Shown: positions 39,864-46,145 of the stretch, piece after piece
Layout of the letters: each line of letters opens with the position of its first letter
Position numbering within the stretch: the first letter of the stretch is position 1
Virus record (IMG/VR): IMGVR_UViG_3300035703_000006
Coordinates: 183,113-247,112 of that record
DNA length: 64,000 nt
Direction: 5' to 3' (one strand)
Translations under genes and position numbers: made by a program
Notes under the pieces: model-generated
Databases searched by the model: none
What the model was told of the DNA's origin: nothing
The model's input: the letters and a program-made list of their open reading frames with translations, nothing else

Positions 39864-40829
39864 ATGAATTATAAGGACCTTCAAAACATTTCCGATCTTT
39901 CCCAACAAATTCTTACAGAAGCTGCTTCTGAAGAGTACGATGTAATGAATCGTTGGCCTTATGCCTCACCTTATCTTCAAGAAGAAAGAGCACCTGGTGT
40001 AAAACCATATAAAGCAGGACCAACTCAAGCAGAAGTCAGAGCAGATGCAAGAGCAGCTCGTAAGAAGCACGTAGGAAAAGCAGAAGGTCAGTATGGTTAC
40101 GGTCCTGAAGAAAAGTTCAAAGACTGGAAAGATAGAGCAACACCCGCTTCAATACTTAGAAGAAGAAGTCCAGAAGGAGGAACAGAAGAGGAAACTGTTT
40201 CACAAAGAATGAATCGTGAAAAGCCCTATGTCAAGAGAATGACTGGTCCTCTTGCTAGAGCACAAGGAAGTCGTACTGCTTCTGCTGTTACTAGAACAAT
40301 TGAAGGTCCAGGAGAACCTCAAGCAGTTACAATGCCTAGAAAAGGTAGAGATGAAAAGAAAAAGCCTTCTAGAGAAATTGTTCGTAAGGGAAAGCAAGAA
40401 GAAAGTTTTGACCTTTGGGTAAATTCTCTTCTTGATGAAGGTTACGACCTAAGTGATTATAGTTGGGATGAGATGTATGAGATTTATATGAGTGAAGAGA
40501 GAATTGATCTTTATGATGTAATCCTTTCGCATCTTATTGACGAGGGTTATGCAGAAACTCAAGAATCAGCAGAAGCAATTATGGTGAATATGAGTGAAGA
40601 GTGGAAGCAGAGTATTGTTGAAGACATTAGAGGTGCCATTACTTATAATCCAAACACTCCTATTGGCAAATTGAAAAGAAGAATAAAGGGTTCTACTCCA
40701 GAAAAGAGAGAAGCAAGAACAAGAGCATATCAGGGAAATAGATCCGATGCTGCTGAGAGATATGGTGCATCTCAACGTAATCCATATGATGACAACAGGG
40801 GAGATATACCTTCTTTGAGGGGAAAATAA
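39864..40829 (+). CDS. Late protein with HLxDEGYA module(s)
   Basis: TATAAATA at 39830; LLDEGYDLS..; YDVILSHLIDEGYAETQESAEAIMVNMSEEW. Confidence 0.65.
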   Translation: MNYKDLQNISDLSQQILTEAASEEYDVMNRWPYASPYLQEERAPGVKPYKAGPTQAEVRADARAARKKHVGKAEGQYGYGPEEKFKDWKDRATPASILRRRSPEGGTEEETVSQRMNREKPYVKRMTGPLARAQGSRTASAVTRTIEGPGEPQAVTMPRKGRDEKKKPSREIVRKGKQEESFDLWVNSLLDEGYDLSDYSWDEMYEIYMSEERIDLYDVILSHLIDEGYAETQESAEAIMVNMSEEWKQSIVEDIRGAITYNPNTPIGKLKRRIKGSTPEKREARTRAYQGNRSDAAERYGASQRNPYDDNRGDIPSLRGK

Positions 40830-40852
40830 GACCACTTCCCAAACTGGCACAC

Positions 40853-40878
40853 AAGAGGGTTTCACCACCCTCTTTTTT
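40853..40878 (+). terminator. Intrinsic terminator
   Basis: AAGAGGGT-loop-ACCCTCTT followed by T-run. Confidence 0.75.
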
Positions 40879-40975
40879 AACTTTAATTTTATTTCATTTG
40901 AAGTTTGACAATTTTAAATAGTTAATTTAAAATTACATATATAAATAATAATTATTTTATTTTTTTATAACAATT

Positions 40976-41173
40976 ATGTCTGACACTGTAACCCAAATTG
41001 CTTCTGTTTTTGAAACTTGGAAACAAGAAGACGAAAAATTTGAAAATGGCAATGCTTCTGCTGGAACTAGAGCAAGAAAAGCACTTCAAGAAATTGCAAA
41101 ACTTGCAAAGGCTCGTAGAGCAGAAATCTCTGAAGCAAAGAATGCTAGAAAAGAAGCAAAAGTTGCATCTTGA
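40976..41173 (+). CDS. Histone H1-like (Hc1-family) protein
   Basis: KFENGNASAGTRARKALQEIAKLAKARRAEI; TTGACA-N17-TAAAAT and TATAAATA upstream. Confidence 0.72.
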   Translation: MSDTVTQIASVFETWKQEDEKFENGNASAGTRARKALQEIAKLAKARRAEISEAKNARKEAKVAS

Positions 41174-41327
41174 TCTTATAAATAAAACAACGACTTAAAA
41201 CAATGACTAACCTACATACACAACCAAAGAGTGATTATCGTCCCATTACCTGCTGGTTTATGGGAGAATCCCTCTTGGTTGCAAATATGGTAAGTCAAAG
41301 TTAAAAGAACAAACCATAAAAGCAATC

Positions 41328-41363
41328 AAGAGGGAGAATCCAAAAGGTTCTCCCTCTTTTTTT
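41328..41363 (+). terminator. Intrinsic terminator
   Basis: AAGAGGGAGAA..TTCTCCCTCTT followed by T-run. Confidence 0.8.
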
Positions 41364-41370
41364 ATGCCTT

Positions 41371-41523
41371 GTGCCACTTGTTCAACTGGTCGTATCATTT
41401 TCCGTTGAGGGTCAAACCCTGGTATATTACATGAGTCGGTGGGGGAACGAGACCCAAAGTGCTCAGGTCCACTTATGGAACTGGCACAAACCACTTGCCC
41501 CGCAACGGGTTCCGTGGTATTCT
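41371..41523 (+). promoter_or_regulatory. Two tandem palindrome + -10 promoters driving the tRNA operon
   Basis: TGCCACTT-N4-AACTGGTC..TGGTATATT and GTCCACTT-N4-AACTGGCA..TGGTATTCT, both with 39-nt spacing. Confidence 0.7.
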
Positions 41524-41573
41524 TAAGGGGTGGTTGAGAGACCACCAGCACCTAGACAACTTAAACCTTTAAT

Positions 41574-41653
41574 GGGGTGGTTCCCGTAGTGGCGAACGGA
41601 CCTGGCTTTTAACCAGAGATTATACACCGTGGGTTCGAGTCCCACCCACCCCA
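41574..41653 (+). tRNA. tRNA-Lys(TTT)
   Basis: GGGGTGG/CCACCCC; CTGG-CTTTTAA-CCAG. Confidence 0.88.
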
Positions 41654-41656
41654 TAT

Positions 41657-41747
41657 GAGAGAGTGTCTACTGTCGGCAATATGTGTAGTCCGTGTCTGTA
41701 AAACACGTACATAAGAACCATCGGGGGTTCGATTCCCTCCTCTCTCA
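41657..41747 (+). tRNA. tRNA-Tyr(GTA), enlarged D-arm
   Basis: GAGAGAG/CTCTCTC; CGTGT-CTGTAAA-ACACG. Confidence 0.85.
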
Positions 41748-41751
41748 CCTT

Positions 41752-41826
41752 GCGGACTTAGTTCAGTGGTAGAACGCAACCTTGCCAAGGTTGATGTCAC
41801 GAGTTCGAATCTCGTAGTCCGCTCCA
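41752..41826 (+). tRNA. tRNA-Gly(GCC)
   Basis: Canonical cloverleaf, CCA encoded. Confidence 0.95.
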
Positions 41827-41829
41827 TTT

Positions 41830-41903
41830 GACGATGTAACTCAGCGGTCTAGAGTGCTTCCCTGTCACGGAAGAAGTCGGGGGTTCAAATCCCCTCATCG
41901 TCG
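41830..41903 (+). tRNA. tRNA-Asp(GTC)
   Basis: GACGATG/CATCGTC; CTTCC-CTGTCAC-GGAAG. Confidence 0.93.
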
Positions 41904-41951
41904 TTGCTATGCTGCCGATGGAGTGTCCCTCCTTGGTGGTTGTAGAATTAA

Positions 41952-42023
41952 GTTCCTATCGACTAGCGGTTAGGTCACCACCCTTTCAAGGTGGTAGCAC
42001 GGGTTCGAATCCCGTTAGGAATA
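41952..42023 (+). tRNA. tRNA-Glu(TTC)
   Basis: GTTCCTA/TAGGAAT; CCACC-CTTTCAA-GGTGG. Confidence 0.93.
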
Positions 42024-42026
42024 CTT

Positions 42027-42100
42027 GGGAACATAGCTCCAATTGGTAGAGCACAGGATTGAAGATCTTGGTGTTGTCGGTTCAAGTCCGACTGTTCCCC
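42027..42100 (+). tRNA. tRNA-Phe(GAA)
   Basis: GGGAACA/TGTTCCC; CAGGA-TTGAAGA-TCTTG. Confidence 0.92.
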
Positions 42101-42104
42101 CCTT

Positions 42105-42176
42105 GGAACCGTAGCTCAGTGGTAGAGCACTCGGCTGATAACCGAGCGGTCACAAGTTCAAATCTTGTCGGTTCCA
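42105..42176 (+). tRNA. tRNA-Ile(GAT)
   Basis: GGAACCG/CGGTTCC; CTCGG-CTGATAA-CCGAG. Confidence 0.95.
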
Positions 42177-42230
42177 TTGTTGCCTTGATGCAACCTAAAT
42201 CGCACTTAGGTTAATTCAAGGCAACATTAA

Positions 42231-42320
42231 GGAAGTGTGGCAGAGAGGTCTAATGCAGTGGATTGCTAATCCGCCGATGTTCTTTAAGAGCATCCGTTGG
42301 TTCGAATCCAACCACTTCCG
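42231..42320 (+). tRNA. tRNA-Ser(GCT)
   Basis: GGAAGTG/CACTTCC, G73, long variable arm. Confidence 0.93.
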
Positions 42321-42324
42321 CCTT

Positions 42325-42396
42325 GGCAATGTAGTTCAGTGGTAGAACAAGAGATTCATACCCTCTATGTCGGTAGTTCAATTCTACCCATTGTCA
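42325..42396 (+). tRNA. tRNA-Met(CAT)
   Basis: GGCAATG/CATTGTC; anticodon loop TTCATAC. Confidence 0.88.
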
Positions 42397-42397
42397 T

Positions 42398-42469
42398 GTG
42401 TCGTTATCCTAGTGGTCAAGGAACCTGTTTGTGAAACAGGGTAGATGAGTTCAATTCTCATACGGCACC
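42398..42469 (+). tRNA. tRNA-His(GTG)
   Basis: GTGTCGT/ACGGCAC, C73; CCTGT-TTGTGAA-ACAGG; position -1 is T. Confidence 0.88.
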
Positions 42470-42471
42470 CC

Positions 42472-42544
42472 GCCCGATTAGCTCAGTGGTAGTAGCATCT
42501 GTCTAGTAAACAGAAGGTCGTCAGTTCGAATCTGACATTGGGCT
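42472..42544 (+). tRNA. tRNA-Thr(AGT)
   Basis: GCCCGAT/ATTGGGC; TCTGT-CTAGTAA-ACAGA. Confidence 0.9.
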
Positions 42545-42577
42545 CTCAACTATCCAGTAATCCTTGATAGTTCAAAT

Positions 42578-42653
42578 GTTCAGGTGGCAGAGTGGTCGAA
42601 TGCGAGAGTCTGCAAAACTCTTATCATCGTGGGTTCGAATCCCACCCTGAACT
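42578..42653 (+). tRNA. tRNA-Cys(GCA)
   Basis: GTTCAGG/CCTGAAC, U73; AGAGT-CTGCAAA-ACTCT. Confidence 0.93.
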
Positions 42654-42682
42654 CTTATCCCATCGAATTCGATGGGATTTAA

Positions 42683-42754
42683 TCCAGAATCGACTAATTG
42701 GCAGGTCAGCACCCTTTGAAGGTGTACGTCTAGGTTCGAATCCTAGTTCTGGAA
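42683..42754 (+). tRNA. tRNA-Gln(TTG)
   Basis: TCCAGAA/TTCTGGA; GCACC-CTTTGAA-GGTGT. Confidence 0.92.
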
Positions 42755-42756
42755 TT

Positions 42757-42829
42757 GTCCATGTAGCCCAATGGAAGAGGCAATAGACTAAGGATCTATT
42801 TGTTGGAGGTTCGAATCCTCTCATGGACA
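42757..42829 (+). tRNA. tRNA-Leu(AAG) lacking the long variable arm
   Basis: GTCCATG/CATGGAC, A73; ATAGA-CTAAGGA-TCTAT; 5-nt variable loop. Confidence 0.82.
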
Positions 42830-42833
42830 CCTT

Positions 42834-42905
42834 GTTGGGTTGGTGCAATTGGTAGCATCTTGGTCTCCAAAACCAAAGATCAGAGTTCAAGTCTCTGACC
42901 CTTCG
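42834..42905 (+). tRNA. tRNA-Trp(CCA)
   Basis: TTGGT-CTCCAAA-ACCAA; acceptor GTTGGGT/ACCCTTC with two U-U mismatches. Confidence 0.82.
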
Positions 42906-42908
42906 CCT

Positions 42909-42982
42909 ATCCTCTTAACTCAGTGGACTAGAGTGCTTGGCTACGAACCAAGAAGTCGCAGGTTCAAATCCTGCAGAGGATG
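42909..42982 (+). tRNA. tRNA-Arg(ACG)
   Basis: ATCCTCT/AGAGGAT; CTTGG-CTACGAA-CCAAG. Confidence 0.92.
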
Positions 42983-43011
42983 TTGACAATTTATACTACA
43001 TATAGTATGAT
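42983..43011 (+). promoter_or_regulatory. Internal sigma70 promoter
   Basis: TTGACA-N17-TATGAT. Confidence 0.75.
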
Positions 43012-43020
43012 TGTCATATT

Positions 43021-43103
43021 GGAGAGAGTCCGGTTGGTCGAGGACACCGCCTTGAAAGCGGCTGGGTGTAAAAGCTTCGCAGGTTCGATTCCTGTTCTCT
43101 CCG
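43021..43103 (+). tRNA. tRNA-Ser(TGA)
   Basis: GGAGAGA/TCTCTCC, G73, long variable arm. Confidence 0.92.
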
Positions 43104-43124
43104 TTGCTCCTTGTGAGCAACAAT

Positions 43125-43196
43125 GCCCTTGTAGCTCAGTGGTAGAGCAATGGTTTTGTAAACCATTGGTCGTCCGTTCAAATCGGATCGGGGGCT
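43125..43196 (+). tRNA. tRNA-Thr(TGT)
   Basis: GCCCTTG/CGGGGGC; ATGGT-TTTGTAA-ACCAT. Confidence 0.94.
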
Positions 43197-43234
43197 CTTG
43201 ACAAATCCGAAAGGGTATGTCATAATAAACAAAT

Positions 43235-43309
43235 GCGAAATTAATTCAGCGGTAGAATGTCTGCCTTCCAAGCAGAACGTCAGGAGTTCGAATCTCCTAT
43301 TTCGCTCCA
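43235..43309 (+). tRNA. tRNA-Gly(TCC)
   Basis: GCGAAAT/ATTTCGC, CCA encoded; TTGACA-N17-CATAAT upstream. Confidence 0.94.
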
Positions 43310-43384
43310 GGGTGATTAACTCAGTGGTAGAGTAATTCCCTTACAAGGAATGAGTCACTGGTTCGAATCCAGTATTACCCACCA
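43310..43384 (+). tRNA. tRNA-Val(TAC)
   Basis: GGGTGAT/ATTACCC, CCA encoded; abuts both neighbours with no spacer. Confidence 0.94.
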
Positions 43385-43458
43385 CGGAATGTAGCTCAGT
43401 TTGGTAGAGCACTCGCTTTGGGAGCGAGATGTCGCAGGTTCGAATCCTGTCATTCCGA
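43385..43458 (+). tRNA. tRNA-Pro(TGG)
   Basis: CGGAATG/CATTCCG; CTCGC-TTTGGGA-GCGAG. Confidence 0.95.
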
Positions 43459-43499
43459 CTTGGAGGTAATAAATATCTCCATTAATTGCAAAATACATT

Positions 43500-43655
43500 A
43501 TGTCTCTTATTTCACAAAAAGACCGAGAAAATGTTATTGAGTCTCTTGACTTCTACCTTTTTAGTAAAGGACAAGATTTCACAGAGGAAAAAAGAGCAGA
43601 ATTCAATGCTCTTCTCAATTGGATTAAACTTGAGTATTCAAAGAATGAAAATTAA
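43500..43655 (+). CDS. 51-aa hypothetical protein within the tRNA array
   Basis: MSLISQKDRENVIESLDFY..FNALLNWIKLE; overlaps the next start. Confidence 0.6.
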   Translation: MSLISQKDRENVIESLDFYLFSKGQDFTEEKRAEFNALLNWIKLEYSKNEN

Positions 43656-43818
43656 TCTTTGGCATTGTAAAGATATGGGTCAATGGAGATGGTCATTAAC
43701 TGACGACTCTAGACCAATTATTAAACAAGAAACTGGTCAAAGACCTAATTTACGTGATGCGATGAATGATATCGCAAATAATGTTGAACATATGATGGGT
43801 TATAGTGGGGAAGTGTAA
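43645..43818 (+). CDS. Hypothetical protein; 3' end overlaps the initiator-type tRNA
   Basis: MKINLWHCKDMGQWRWSLTD..LRDAMNDIAN. Confidence 0.65.
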   Translation: MKINLWHCKDMGQWRWSLTDDSRPIIKQETGQRPNLRDAMNDIANNVEHMMGYSGEV

Positions 43819-43878
43819 CGGTTGCACAGAAGTCTCATAAGCTTCAGGTAGGAGGTTCAATTCCTCCCCCCGCCACCA
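43804..43878 (+). tRNA. tRNA-Met(CAT), initiator-like
   Basis: A1-C72 mismatch, CCA encoded; lacks the three consecutive G-C anticodon-stem pairs. Confidence 0.82.
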
Positions 43879-43881
43879 AAT

Positions 43882-43955
43882 GCCGTGGGTAGTCTAGTGG
43901 TCAGGACAGGCAGACAATGCACTTGGAGTTTGGGTTCGATTCCCAATCTGCGGCA
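43882..43955 (+). ncRNA. tRNA-like RNA or pseudo-tRNA with aberrant anticodon arm
   Basis: GCCGTGGG/TCTGCGGC stem, normal D-arm, TTGGG-TTCGATT-CCCAA T-arm; no 7-nt anticodon loop. Confidence 0.7.
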
Positions 43956-43984
43956 CACACAACATACACACAAGGAGTAAACAA

Positions 43985-44188
43985 ATGACACCTTACGAAC
44001 TACGATTTGAAATTTTTAAGCAAGCATATAATTTTGCTAATGATAAGTTCAGTATCGAATATGATACTGCCCGTTGCTGGAATGAAAATTCTAGAAATAC
44101 GGTGAAAATAGATTACCCAGATTTTCCGACTTATGAGCAGGTAGAGTACCTTGCAGAAAAGATTAATACTTTTGTAAGTTCTAAGTAA
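43985..44188 (+). CDS. Conserved phage hypothetical protein
   Basis: MTPYELRFEIFKQA..YP.FPT...V..LA..IN.FVS; AAGGAG RBS. Confidence 0.75.
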   Translation: MTPYELRFEIFKQAYNFANDKFSIEYDTARCWNENSRNTVKIDYPDFPTYEQVEYLAEKINTFVSSK

Positions 44189-44219
44189 AATAGTGGGGTG
44201 GCAACACCCCCGTTAGTAT

Positions 44220-44292
44220 TCCCATCGACCGAGCAAGCGAACGGGCCCGACTGTTAATCGGAGATTGGTAGGGGCAGTACCTACGATGGGAG
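44220..44292 (+). tRNA. tRNA-Asn(GTT) with GGCAGTA T-loop
   Basis: TCCCATC/GATGGGA, G73; CCGA-CTGTTAA-TCGG; GTAGG-GGCAGTA-CCTAC. Confidence 0.82.
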
Positions 44293-44465
44293 TTAGAAGG
44301 GTTGGAAATGTCCGATTCTTCTAAATTTAATAAGGTCTGGAAAGTAAAAGGAGAATGGGAACCGAAAGGAGATACCTCACCTGCCTTATTATCTTATTCA
44401 CTGCCCTCTAATGCAGTGAAAATTGCAGAAAGTGTCTTCTGCGGGTGACGGGCACTCGTTACCCA
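44293..44465 (+). ncRNA. Multi-hairpin pseudoknotted RNA (manA-motif-like candidate)
   Basis: Five stems; loops AGTGTC and GGCACT are complementary. Confidence 0.65.
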
Positions 44466-44468
44466 TTT

Positions 44469-44549
44469 GCTCAAGTGGCGGAATGGTATACGCAGCAGAC
44501 TTAGAATCTGCCGTCGCAAGACTTGGAGGTTCAAGTCCTCTCTTGAGCA
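44469..44549 (+). tRNA. tRNA-Leu(TAG)
   Basis: GCTCAAG/CTTGAGC; GCAGA-CTTAGAA-TCTGC. Confidence 0.94.
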
Positions 44550-44575
44550 TTGAAAACTAAATAGTTTTCTTATAA

Positions 44576-44648
44576 GGGGGCATAGCTCAATTGGTAGAGC
44601 ACTTGATTTGCATTCAAGAGGTTTCGAGTTCGAGACTCGATGCTTCCA
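44576..44648 (+). tRNA. tRNA-Ala(TGC)
   Basis: GGGGGCA/TGCTTCC with G3-U70. Confidence 0.94.
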
Positions 44649-44698
44649 TTATGGAGAGTAGGGGAATATTATAAATAACTATAGTTGTGGAGAGCACT

Positions 44699-45235
44699 AT
44701 GGTTACTTGTAAGTGTCAAAAATGTGGATTACAGTTTGAAAAGATTAAAAGTGAATATAATAGAAAAATTAAATTGGGAACTCCATTTTTTTGTAGTTTG
44801 AAATGTTCTAGTAGTTTTGATACTTCACATTTGGATAACTGGAGAAAAAGTGAGGAAAACAAAAAGTTTATAAAGCAGTTTAGTGGAAGTAGTAAAGATG
44901 AATATTCTCCTTTCAGAGAGACATTAAAAAAAGTCAAAAATAGAAGTAAATCTAAAAATAGAGAATGTGATATTGATTTGCAATATTTAAAAGAGGTTTG
45001 GGAAAATCAAAAGGGCAAATGTCCATATTTGAAAAGAAAATTAGTTCTTCCCCTAACTGACCAATCTCACGACAAATCAAACCCAAATCTAATTGCTAGT
45101 TTGGATAGAATTGATAGCTCTAAAGGATACGTAAAGGGAAACATACAATTTATCAGCACGACCTTAAATTTTGCTAAAAATAAATATTCTGAAAATGTTC
45201 TCTTGAATTTAATTGAAATGTGTGCTACTATATAA
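44699..45235 (+). CDS. HNH-like endonuclease
   Basis: N-terminal CxxC..FCS..C; QKGKCPY..ASLDRIDSSKGYVKGNIQFIS...N; TATAAATA at 44670. Confidence 0.8.
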   Translation: MVTCKCQKCGLQFEKIKSEYNRKIKLGTPFFCSLKCSSSFDTSHLDNWRKSEENKKFIKQFSGSSKDEYSPFRETLKKVKNRSKSKNRECDIDLQYLKEVWENQKGKCPYLKRKLVLPLTDQSHDKSNPNLIASLDRIDSSKGYVKGNIQFISTTLNFAKNKYSENVLLNLIEMCATI

Positions 45236-45237
45236 AG

Positions 45238-45457
45238 TGTTCAAGAGGATAAACCTCTATATTCCAACACATCGGGGCAGTACCGATTACCTCCATTACA
45301 GGGGGGTAAAACAGAATCGACTGGGGTGTATGTATTATCTGTTGACGGGACAAAAAACAAACGCAAACAACATTGTTGCATTCACTCGTCAGACCGCATT
45401 GGTTTGACCATAAAAGAGTGAGGGGGTTATAAGTTTCCTTCTTACCCAAAACTTATG
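45238..45457 (+). ncRNA. ssrA: tmRNA, circularly permuted two-piece type; tag ANNIVAFTRQTALV
   Basis: T-arm plus 3' acceptor strand TACCTCC-A (45271-45295) precede the 5' strand GGGGGTA (45302); G3-U70; AATCGAC D-loop; P2 TGGGGTGTA/TATATTCCA; tag 45363-45407; 3' pseudoknot; TTGAAT-N17-TACTAT promoter. Ends approximate. Confidence 0.88.
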
Positions 45458-45461
45458 CTGG

Positions 45462-45518
45462 GGACACTTGAAAAGGTGTCCCCTTTTTCGTCCAAGGTGG
45501 TTTTGAAGGTGCTATAAT
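45462..45518 (+). promoter_or_regulatory. Palindrome + -10 early promoter
   Basis: GGACACTT-N4-AGGTGTCC, TGCTATAAT. Confidence 0.7.
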
Positions 45519-45541
45519 TGCAAGGTAATTCACAAGACAAG

Positions 45542-45952
45542 ATGGCAACCCGTTCTCGTATTGGAATCCAACTCTCAGATGAATCTGTTCTTTCGGTGTA
45601 TCACAATTGGGATGGTTATCCTGAATGGTTGGGTCGTATTCTGAAAACTCACTACAATACTCGGGAGAAAGTTGCCGAGTTGATTGATGGTGGTGATATG
45701 AGTTCTTGCTGGACGGAAGACCGTTGGAACAGTGAGACCAAAGCACAAGAATACGGTCCTCAATACTACTCTCAACGGGGTGAGGATTGTCCTCCACGAC
45801 TTGATGAAAATAAGTATGAGTATCTTGCTAATGGTGAGGAATACGCATATCTTTATACTCTAAATGATGAGTGGGTGTGCTATGATACGCATGACTTCGG
45901 GAACAAATATCCCGAAATTGTTGAAATTCCGTCTGCTGCTCTTCACGTTTGA
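45542..45952 (+). CDS. Conserved phage hypothetical protein
   Basis: MATRSRIG..SVYHNWDGYP..LG..LIDGGDMS..EEYAYLY. Confidence 0.75.
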   Translation: MATRSRIGIQLSDESVLSVYHNWDGYPEWLGRILKTHYNTREKVAELIDGGDMSSCWTEDRWNSETKAQEYGPQYYSQRGEDCPPRLDENKYEYLANGEEYAYLYTLNDEWVCYDTHDFGNKYPEIVEIPSAALHV

Positions 45953-46145
45953 CTATGAAAACTTCTGCTACTGTTGCTGCTGCTCTTGCTGTTATTGTTC
46001 TTGCCACTGTTGGAATTCTCTTTGAAGCATGGTTGCTTGGAGTGATTCTGTCTTGGTTCGGAGTTTCTTTGACCTTCTGGCAGAACCTTGCTATGATTGT
46101 ACTTGCTAATCTTATCTTCAAAAACAACGGGAGTTCTAACTGATT

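Noticed and set aside
41258-43271. Short ORFs on both strands across the tRNA array
   Set aside because: Fully explained by tRNA cloverleaves and promoters
45213-45407. 64-aa ORF ending ANNIVAFTRQTALV
   Set aside because: It is the tmRNA tag frame extended upstream through the tRNA-like domain
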